A stretch of DNA of 56,924 nt from Paludibacter sp. Its GTDB lineage: Bacteria; Bacteroidota; Bacteroidia; Bacteroidales; Paludibacteraceae. The notes below the pieces were generated by a model that had not been told where the DNA came from, did no database searches, and saw only the letters and a list, made by a program, of their open reading frames with translations. The stretch spans positions 1 to 56,924 of the forward strand of contig JBAWXD010000001.1 of the NCBI GenBank assembly GCA_037144275.1, in the 5' to 3' direction. Both the position numbers and the translations under genes were made by a program. This document shows, piece by piece, positions 1 to 6,904 of the stretch (positions are counted from its first letter, which is position 1; each line of letters opens with the position of its first letter).

Positions 1-2172
1 ACAGTGATTAAATCATCTACTACTGATTCGACAACTCTCACCACTTCTTATACCTTCAGTAGTGCAACGGATTACACCTTAATTGCTTCTGCAACAGCCG
101 GAAGTAATACTGTTTATGATACTGCCTATATTTGTGTGCCTGCTGCCGTTACAAGTCAGGCTCGCCCGACAGGATTGAAAGACGGTATAAATTATATCGA
201 TAATACAACAGCCACTTTAATTTTACTTGCTCCGGGGAAATCCAATGTTTTCCTGATAGGTGATTTTAACAACTGGACTCAACTAAATGCGTATCAGTTG
301 AAGAAAGATGGTGATTACTGGTGGATAACGCTAAGCGGATTAACCCCCGGAAAATTGTACGGTTTTCAGTATTTAGTAGATGGAACCATCAAATCGAGCG
401 ATCCTTATACTGAGCTTGTTTTAGACCCCTGGAACGATCAATGGATTAATCAGTATTATACTATTTATCCAAATTTGAAACCCTATCCGGTTGGAAAAAC
501 AGATGGGCTGGTGGCAACCCTTCAGACTGCAAAAACGGCTTATCCTTGGGAAGTTCCAAATTTCACGGTTAGTTCTAAAGAGAATCTGGTCATTTATGAA
601 ATGTTGTTGAGAGATTTTACGAAAGAAAAATCGCTTGATGCTGCTATCCTGAAGCTTGATTATCTGAAAAATCTGGGAATAACGGCTATTGAATTAATGC
701 CAATTCAGGAATTTGATGGGAATAATAGCTGGGGTTACAATCCAAACCATTATTTTGCACCGGATAAGGCCTATGGTACGCCTGAAACATACAAGAAATT
801 TATTGACGAATGTCATAAACGTGGTATAGCTGTAATTTTAGATATGGTTTTCAATCAGGCTTCGGGTATTTGTCCATTTGCACTGCTTTACTGGGATGCG
901 GTAAATAGTCGCCCGGCAGCTAATAATCCATGGATGAACGTCACTGCTCCTCACAATTTCAGTGTATTGAACGACTTTAATCACAGCTATAGCGGTACGA
1001 AAGAATACTTTAAGCGCGTATTGCAATACTGGTTGACTGAATATAAGGTTGATGGGTATCGTATGGACTTGACCAAGGGATTTACTCAAAATTCAGGAAC
1101 AGAATCAAGTTATGATCAGCAGAGAGTTAATAATTTGAATGATTATTATACTGCGGTTAAAAGTGTAAAAGGAAGTACCATGTTTATTTTGGAACATTTT
1201 GTGGGTGGAAGTGAAGAAGATTATCTGGCTTCTCAAGGCATGTATTTGTGGCGCAATATGAATAGCGTTTATTCACAAACAGCTATGGGATATCAAAGCA
1301 GTAGCGATATGTCAGGAATGATTTCGTCACCCCGTCAATGGGTTGGATATGCCGAAAGTCATGACGAAGAACGCAATTTCTTTCAGGCTAAAACCTATGG
1401 TGCCGGTTCTTTGAAAACCGACTCGGTTGCACGTATTGCCCGTATACCGTTAAATATCGCTTTTACAACGCTATTGCCCGGACCGAAAATGGTTTATGAA
1501 TTTGGAGAAATGGGATATGATTATTCAATCAATTCAAACGGAGGACGTACAAACGAAAAACAACAGGCATGGGCCTGGTTAAATTTGCCGCAACGTAAGG
1601 CTGCAGCAGATGCTTGTGCCAAAATTATTACGCTTCGAAAACTATATCCGACGGCATTTACTCAGGGTTCTTATGTTACAAGTGTTGGTTCAGGTGACTG
1701 GAGTCAGGGAAGAAGAATTGCACTTTCTCATTCAAGTTTAAATATGATTGTTTTGGGGAATTTTGATCCAACGATTAGCGTTACAGGCAATCCTACTTTT
1801 CCAAGTACCGGAACCTGGTATAACTTACTAACCGGAGAAAGCTTGAATGTAAGCAATACGAATATGACCATTTCGATGCAACCCGGACAATTGCTGATTT
1901 ATACCGATCGGATTGTGAATTTGCCAAATGCGCTAAGTGCTCCGAAGGCTGATGTTGATTGTAGTGTTTTCCCTACAGCAACTCTATCGAAAGTGTATAT
2001 TACTTCAGCAAGTAGCATACTCAATGCCAGGCTATACAATCTACAGGGTGCTCAGATCAAATCTGTATCAAGTACCAATGAAGTTGATTTATCTGGAATG
2101 AGTAACGGAATTTATATTCTGGAAGTAAATACCACCGGCGGACGAAGTATTCATAAAATTGTAAAAGAATAA
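1..2172 (+). CDS. GH13 alpha-amylase/branching-enzyme family glycoside hydrolase with CBM48 and T9SS C-terminal sorting domain (5'-truncated by window edge)
   Basis: Frame is open from base 1. GH13 motifs YEMLLRDF, ELMPIQEF..SWGYNP, DGYRMD (nucleophile), ILEH (acid/base), ESHDEE. C-terminus ..YNLQG..LSGMSNGIYILEV..KIVKE is typical of T9SS type A CTDs. Confidence 0.9.
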   Translation, partial: TVIKSSTTDSTTLTTSYTFSSATDYTLIASATAGSNTVYDTAYICVPAAVTSQARPTGLKDGINYIDNTTATLILLAPGKSNVFLIGDFNNWTQLNAYQLKKDGDYWWITLSGLTPGKLYGFQYLVDGTIKSSDPYTELVLDPWNDQWINQYYTIYPNLKPYPVGKTDGLVATLQTAKTAYPWEVPNFTVSSKENLVIYEMLLRDFTKEKSLDAAILKLDYLKNLGITAIELMPIQEFDGNNSWGYNPNHYFAPDKAYGTPETYKKFIDECHKRGIAVILDMVFNQASGICPFALLYWDAVNSRPAANNPWMNVTAPHNFSVLNDFNHSYSGTKEYFKRVLQYWLTEYKVDGYRMDLTKGFTQNSGTESSYDQQRVNNLNDYYTAVKSVKGSTMFILEHFVGGSEEDYLASQGMYLWRNMNSVYSQTAMGYQSSSDMSGMISSPRQWVGYAESHDEERNFFQAKTYGAGSLKTDSVARIARIPLNIAFTTLLPGPKMVYEFGEMGYDYSINSNGGRTNEKQQAWAWLNLPQRKAAADACAKIITLRKLYPTAFTQGSYVTSVGSGDWSQGRRIALSHSSLNMIVLGNFDPTISVTGNPTFPSTGTWYNLLTGESLNVSNTNMTISMQPGQLLIYTDRIVNLPNALSAPKADVDCSVFPTATLSKVYITSASSILNARLYNLQGAQIKSVSSTNEVDLSGMSNGIYILEVNTTGGRSIHKIVKE

Positions 2173-2230
2173 TCATTTATATTTAACACATTTAAAGTAT
2201 AAGGTTTTTAAGTCCTGAATTATAAAATAC

Positions 2231-2268
2231 AAAACCGCCCAACTGAAGAAATTCAGCTTGGGCGGTTT
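2231..2268 (+). terminator. Intrinsic terminator hairpin after the GH13 gene
   Basis: AAACCGCCCAA-CTGAA..TTCAG-CTTGGGCGGTTT inverted repeat followed by T-rich sequence. Confidence 0.75.
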
Positions 2269-2316
2269 GCTGTTTTATAAATTGTCGGGCTGAACTTAGA
2301 GTTGTTGCGAAACTTA

Positions 2317-2349
2317 AGACCTAACCGGTTTTGGAAACCTGTTAGGTCT
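2317..2349. repeat. REP-like palindrome, family B, copy 1
   Basis: AGACCTAACCGGTTT-tgg-AAACCTGTTAGGTCT: 15-bp arms with 1 mismatch. Core matches the copy at 5807-5847. Confidence 0.85.
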
Positions 2350-2493
2350 GATTAGAATGAAATCATAGTTGAATCATGTCAATGTATTGAGGAAAAAAGA
2401 TCAATTATATCAGCAAAATAAAATAACTCCGAAATAAAACAGCCTGCTTAAAAATAAATTAACGCAAAATGATAGAATGTAAAAATGATTTTG

Positions 2494-2501
2494 TAGTTTT
2501 G
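2494..2501 (+). promoter_or_regulatory. Bacteroidota sigma-A -7 element upstream of the R-M gene
   Basis: TAGTTTTG fits TAnnTTTG, about 50 nt before the ATG at 2550. Confidence 0.5.
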
Positions 2502-2549
2502 TAACTTATAATCTTTAACTATAGATCACCGACTACAAAGCAATATAGC

Positions 2550-5500
2550 ATGTCTTTATTCCAAACACAGGTTGAACGTCAATTTTTAGGAGGTATAACC
2601 ACCGATCTGACTCCGATTTATAAAAAATTCGTTGATTATTTTGGCAGTCCTGCCATTCAGGCAAACATTTTAGAATTGATAGAGCAACAATATCAAGGTG
2701 AATTTATTGAGGCTTTATTTGTAAATATATTAGGGTATACCGCTCAACCTCAACCGAATTTCAATCTACTTAGGGAAAAGAAAAACGAAACTGATGCCAA
2801 AAGTGCCGATGCTGCCATCAGTATTAACAATCAAATTACAGCGGTTATTGAACTGAAAGACCACAAAACGCAGGATTTAAAGAAAGTAGAAGTTCAGGCT
2901 TTCGGCTACAAAAACAATCATAAAAACTGCCATTACGTTGTTACTTCCAATTTTGAACGATTGCGGTTTTATATTGATAATGCGGTTGATTTTATTGAGT
3001 TCGATTTATTCAATTTGACATTTGACGAATTTCGCCGGCTGTGGTTGTGCCTTTCATACGAAAGTATGGCAAAGAATCTGCCTCAGGAGATTAAAAACCA
3101 ATCGCTAAGTACCGAAGATGTAATTACCAAGAAACTTTATAAAGATTATTCGGTTTTCAAACGCTTGCTTTTTGATAATATCGTAACATTGAATCCGGAA
3201 AACGACAAACTACTTCTGTTTAAGGAAACACAAAAACTGCTTGACCGATTTCTGTTCCTGTTTTTTGCTGAAGATAAGAGTTTACTTCCTGCTAATTCGA
3301 TTCAGGGAACGGTAGATAAATGGAAAAAATTCAATGCCGACCCGATGAACGACTATCAGAGTTTGTACAGTCGGTTTGTGAAGTATTTCAAGCTGCTGGA
3401 TGTGGGTTATAAAGATGCGAACACCGAGATTTATGCTTATAATGGTGGGTTGTTTGCCAATGATGAATTTCTGAATAAACTCCGTATTGATGATACTATT
3501 CTGGCTGAAAATGTACTTAAACTGGCTCAATACGACTACGATACGGATGTAGATGTAAACATTCTCGGACATATTTTCGAAAACAGCCTCAACGAAATAG
3601 AAGAAGTAACCAATGAAATAACTTCAGGTGTATTCTCCTCCCCTTCGAGTAGGCCGGGAGGGGTCTCGAAAAGGAAACAGGATGGTGTGTTTTATACGCC
3701 ACGTTATATTACTCAATACATTGTTGAAAATACTGTTGGACGGTTGTGCGAAGAAAAGAAAACGGAACTGGGAATTGGTGAAGAGTTATTTGAATACAAG
3801 CGTACCGACAAAAAGAAACAAGCCCTTAAAGTGTTCGATGCCTATCGTGAATGGCTGTTGCAAATCACCATTGTAGACCCGGCATGTGGTAGCGGTGCAT
3901 TTCTGAATACCGCACTCGATTTTTTAATAGCCGAACACAACTGGATTGACAATCAACAGGATAAAATTGCCGGTTCGAAAGACCATTACTCCATGGGATT
4001 ATCGAATATCGAAAATACCATTCTGGAAAACAACCTTTTCGGGGTGGATATCAACGAAGAAAGTGTAGAAATTGCCAAACTGTCGTTGTGGCTGCGCACT
4101 GCCAAACCTCACCGCAAACTCAGTTCGCTGAATAATAATATCAAATGCGGTAATTCGCTGATTGACGACCCAACTGTGGCAGGTGATAAAGCATTCGACT
4201 GGCACAAAGAATTCCCTCAGGTTTTTGGACGTGAACAGAAAGCAGTTGAAGTAACTCCCCTAGAAAAAGACAAAACACCCGATTACCTGAAACTGATTAA
4301 AGAAAAATCGGCAGAAGCTCAACTAAAAGCAGAACACGGAATTGCTCTATCTAAGGAAGCATTGGAAATCACCAAACAATTGGCAGAATATGCCAACAAA
4401 TTAGAGGCTGTTTCAGCACCGAAAACTAAGTATGAAAAACTAAAAGGTGGTTTTGATGTGGTGATTGGGAATCCGCCGTATGTGAATAGTAAGGGAGAAA
4501 CAATAAATGTTGATATAAAAAGACATTTGACAAATAAATATTCAACTGCAGCTTACCAAATAGATTTATACATTCTTTTTTTGGAAAAAGCACTCAGTTT
4601 AGTTAATACGAATGGTTGTATCTCATTTATCGTACCAAATACGTGGTTGAATAATCTAAGATTAGAATCTGTAAGGCAGTTCATGCTTTGCAATTCAAGA
4701 TTCGAAGAGTTTGTAATAATGCCTTCAAATACTTTTGAAGAAGCTAATGTGGATACTATTATTACTACTTATCGAAAAGGTGCTAAAAATGAGAAAGTAA
4801 GATTAATAAGATGCTATGAATCTCAATTTTCACATTTGGGATTTGGCAATCAAACTAATTGGTTTAATAGTCAAGACTCTGCAATAAATATTCACTTGAC
4901 AAAAAATGTGGATGAATTGATTCAAAAAATTGAAAGTGATTCTATTTTACTAGGTGACTTTTCAAATATAGTTCGTGGAGTTGGTGTTTACCATAAAAGG
5001 GTTGGTCATACAAAAGAATTTATTGAATTAGACCCATATCAATCTTCAACAAAAAAAGATGACACTTTTATTCCCTATTTAAGAGGACGTAACTTAGGCA
5101 ACTGGCTTATTGATTGGAATGAAGATAGTTATATAAGTTATGGCGATTGGCTAGCTGAGCCCAAAAACCCCGAATACTTCATTGGTGAAAGAATTCTAGT
5201 TCGAAAAATATTATCGAAAGGATTAGTTGCAACTTATATTGAAAAGAAATTTGTTGTTGATCAACAATTATATACGGTTATAATTAATGCAAATAGTAAT
5301 TATAAAGTTTTAAACATACTCCCAATAATTTGTTCCAAATTAATGTCTTTTTATTTTCGATATAAATATTCAGAGTTTGATGATTTATTTCCACAAATAA
5401 AACTGAGTCATGTTAAGAGCTTACCCATAAAAGAATGGAAGAAGGTTAATCAATATGCATTTATTGAGAAAGCTAACCAAATGCTCACACTAAACAAGGA

Positions 5501-5828
5501 ATTATATGAATCAACTCAAAAATTCCAACGTATGCTTCAGCGTAAGTTTGACTTGGATGAGTTGCCGGGCAAACTTCAAAACTGGTACTTGCTTAGTTAT
5601 AAAGAGTTTATTGCCGAACTTGGTAAGAAAAAAGTAAAACTCACGCTCGCTCAGGAAGCCGAATGGGAAGATTACTTCAACACGGAAAAAGCAAAAGCCA
5701 TCGATAACAAAAAACAAATAGACGATACCGACCGTGAAATAGACCGCATGGTGTATGCGCTGTATGAATTGACTGATGAGGAAGTGAAGATTGTGGAGGG
5801 GGAATCATCAATACCTAACAGGTTTTAG
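2550..5828 (+). CDS. Type IIG restriction-modification enzyme (N-terminal PD-(D/E)XK nuclease, gamma-class N6-adenine MTase, TaqI-like TRD)
   Basis: ADAAI..VIELK nuclease motif; YNGGLF; GVFYTP; motif I IVDPACGSGAF; motif IV GNPPY; C-terminal coiled coil ending EIDRMVYALYELT. Confidence 0.88.
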   Translation: MSLFQTQVERQFLGGITTDLTPIYKKFVDYFGSPAIQANILELIEQQYQGEFIEALFVNILGYTAQPQPNFNLLREKKNETDAKSADAAISINNQITAVIELKDHKTQDLKKVEVQAFGYKNNHKNCHYVVTSNFERLRFYIDNAVDFIEFDLFNLTFDEFRRLWLCLSYESMAKNLPQEIKNQSLSTEDVITKKLYKDYSVFKRLLFDNIVTLNPENDKLLLFKETQKLLDRFLFLFFAEDKSLLPANSIQGTVDKWKKFNADPMNDYQSLYSRFVKYFKLLDVGYKDANTEIYAYNGGLFANDEFLNKLRIDDTILAENVLKLAQYDYDTDVDVNILGHIFENSLNEIEEVTNEITSGVFSSPSSRPGGVSKRKQDGVFYTPRYITQYIVENTVGRLCEEKKTELGIGEELFEYKRTDKKKQALKVFDAYREWLLQITIVDPACGSGAFLNTALDFLIAEHNWIDNQQDKIAGSKDHYSMGLSNIENTILENNLFGVDINEESVEIAKLSLWLRTAKPHRKLSSLNNNIKCGNSLIDDPTVAGDKAFDWHKEFPQVFGREQKAVEVTPLEKDKTPDYLKLIKEKSAEAQLKAEHGIALSKEALEITKQLAEYANKLEAVSAPKTKYEKLKGGFDVVIGNPPYVNSKGETINVDIKRHLTNKYSTAAYQIDLYILFLEKALSLVNTNGCISFIVPNTWLNNLRLESVRQFMLCNSRFEEFVIMPSNTFEEANVDTIITTYRKGAKNEKVRLIRCYESQFSHLGFGNQTNWFNSQDSAINIHLTKNVDELIQKIESDSILLGDFSNIVRGVGVYHKRVGHTKEFIELDPYQSSTKKDDTFIPYLRGRNLGNWLIDWNEDSYISYGDWLAEPKNPEYFIGERILVRKILSKGLVATYIEKKFVVDQQLYTVIINANSNYKVLNILPIICSKLMSFYFRYKYSEFDDLFPQIKLSHVKSLPIKEWKKVNQYAFIEKANQMLTLNKELYESTQKFQRMLQRKFDLDELPGKLQNWYLLSYKEFIAELGKKKVKLTLAQEAEWEDYFNTEKAKAIDNKKQIDDTDREIDRMVYALYELTDEEVKIVEGESSIPNRF
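3635..3665 (-). repeat. GC-rich palindromic repeat element inserted in frame in the R-M gene
   Basis: Reverse complement GACCCCTCCCGGCCTACTCGAAGGGGAGGAG has the C-run/short hairpin/GGGGA layout of the family A repeats. On the + strand it encodes FSSPSSRPGGV. Confidence 0.6.
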
Positions 5829-5847
5829 AAACCTGTTAGGTATTGAT
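5807..5847. repeat. REP-like palindrome, family B, copy 2 (its loop is the R-M stop codon)
   Basis: Perfect 19-bp arms: ATCAATACCTAACAGGTTT-TAG-AAACCTGTTAGGTATTGAT. Confidence 0.9.
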
Positions 5848-5861
5848 AAAAAAACAAACAA

Positions 5862-6248
5862 ATGAAAAGGGAAAATATTATAGCGGGAATTATCTTATTT
5901 ATTATAGTCATCGCAGCTTTTACAAATCCAAACCCATACAGACACAAAGAGTTGCTAAAAAATAAGCTTTATATCGGCTTGCAGGAATCGGGCACAGCAA
6001 AAATACCCGGTACGGATGAAAGCTGGGGAAATATAAGTGAATCCATGCGAAAATTGCTGGGCACAGAATTGATTGATAAATTGGTTGACAATCAGGTAAG
6101 TACAAAAAGCTACGGATTGTTTTCAACTTCGTCGATACAGGTGGATGCTAAATCAAAAGTGATTGGTATTGGTATATTTGGGCAAGTGTTTTATACAAGC
6201 GAGTTTGATGAATCGTTGAAAAAGGGTTTATTAAATAGTCAGGAATAG
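5862..6248 (+). CDS. DUF4359-like exported/membrane-anchored hypothetical protein
   Basis: N-terminal TM helix followed by TNP..HK, and C-terminal YGLFS...IGIGIFGQVF, the pattern of DUF4359. Confidence 0.65.
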   Translation: MKRENIIAGIILFIIVIAAFTNPNPYRHKELLKNKLYIGLQESGTAKIPGTDESWGNISESMRKLLGTELIDKLVDNQVSTKSYGLFSTSSIQVDAKSKVIGIGIFGQVFYTSEFDESLKKGLLNSQE

Positions 6249-6294
6249 TCTTTTAAAAAAAACGACCTGAAAGAAAAGAGGGGTTTGAAAAGAA

Positions 6295-6326
6295 AAAAAC
6301 TACAAGAACGATTTCCTGTAGTTTTT
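6295..6326 (+). terminator. Intrinsic terminator
   Basis: AAAAACTACAAGAA-cgat-TTCCTGTAGTTTTT hairpin. Confidence 0.6.
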
Positions 6327-6370
6327 CATTTACACAATTTATTGGACAGTGTCTAGCAAAACCGACAGTT

Positions 6371-6405
6371 TGCAAGCCGGTTGCATAAGATTTTATGTAT
6401 CTTTG
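6371..6405 (+). promoter_or_regulatory. Promoter of the DUF6660-czc operon with a TGCAA-N5-TTGCA palindrome (candidate Fur/Zur-family box)
   Basis: TGCAA-gccgg-TTGCA at 6371-6385 and -7 element TATCTTTG at 6398-6405. Confidence 0.55.
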
Positions 6406-6420
6406 TCGTAAAATAGAAAT

Positions 6421-6741
6421 ATGAGATTATTAGCCTACATATTAGCCCTCTATATTTTGGTACTCACGGCCATTCCATGCCTTGATGCACCTGAGTTTTC
6501 GGGAAGTGTAAATATGCAGCTAAGTCAAAACACTACAAATGGCAGTCATGAGCTCCCTGAAGCGGATACTTGCTCGCCTTTCTGTTTTTGTAGCTGTTGT
6601 GTTTCAGCTATCTCGCATGAGGAGCTATTTCAACTGAATTTTATTTCCGATTCATATTCTATTGTTCAATATCCAAGCTATTGTTCGGAATTTTCTTCTT
6701 TCAATTTTGCGTCTATCTGGCAACCGCCAAAGCTTAGCTAA
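6421..6741 (+). CDS. DUF6660-family Cys-rich small protein, candidate leader/arrest peptide
   Basis: Hydrophobic N-terminus ending PC, central CSPFCFCSCC, C-terminal SIWQPPKLS; lies directly upstream of czcA. Confidence 0.8.
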   Translation: MRLLAYILALYILVLTAIPCLDAPEFSGSVNMQLSQNTTNGSHELPEADTCSPFCFCSCCVSAISHEELFQLNFISDSYSIVQYPSYCSEFSSFNFASIWQPPKLS

Positions 6742-6743
6742 AA

Positions 6744-6770
6744 GCCACCCTAACCCTCTAAAGGGGAACT
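6744..6770 (+). repeat. REP-like repeat, family A (CCCCTAACCCCTAAAGGGGAA type)
   Basis: GCCACCCTAACCCTCTAAAGGGGAACT, 2 nt after the DUF6660 stop. Confidence 0.75.
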
Positions 6771-6842
6771 GAGGAAAGATGCTACTCCATTCATCATTCA
6801 ATTTTTTTTAATGATTGAGGTTTAATGCTTTCATCTCTCAAC

Positions 6843-6872
6843 TAATGATTTGTTGTTTTCAATAAATCATTA
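6843..6872 (+). promoter_or_regulatory. Stem-loop in the czcA leader
   Basis: TAATGATTTGTTG-tttt-CAATAAATCATTA: 13-bp stem with one G-U pair, about 32 nt before the czcA ATG. Confidence 0.5.
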
Positions 6873-6904
6873 AAATCCTTGTATTTACCTTTTAAGCTTA
6901 TCGT

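Noticed and set aside
4227-4442. R-M insert as a mini-intein
   Set aside because: No N-terminal Cys/Ser, no His-Asn C-terminus, and too short and helical for a Hint fold.
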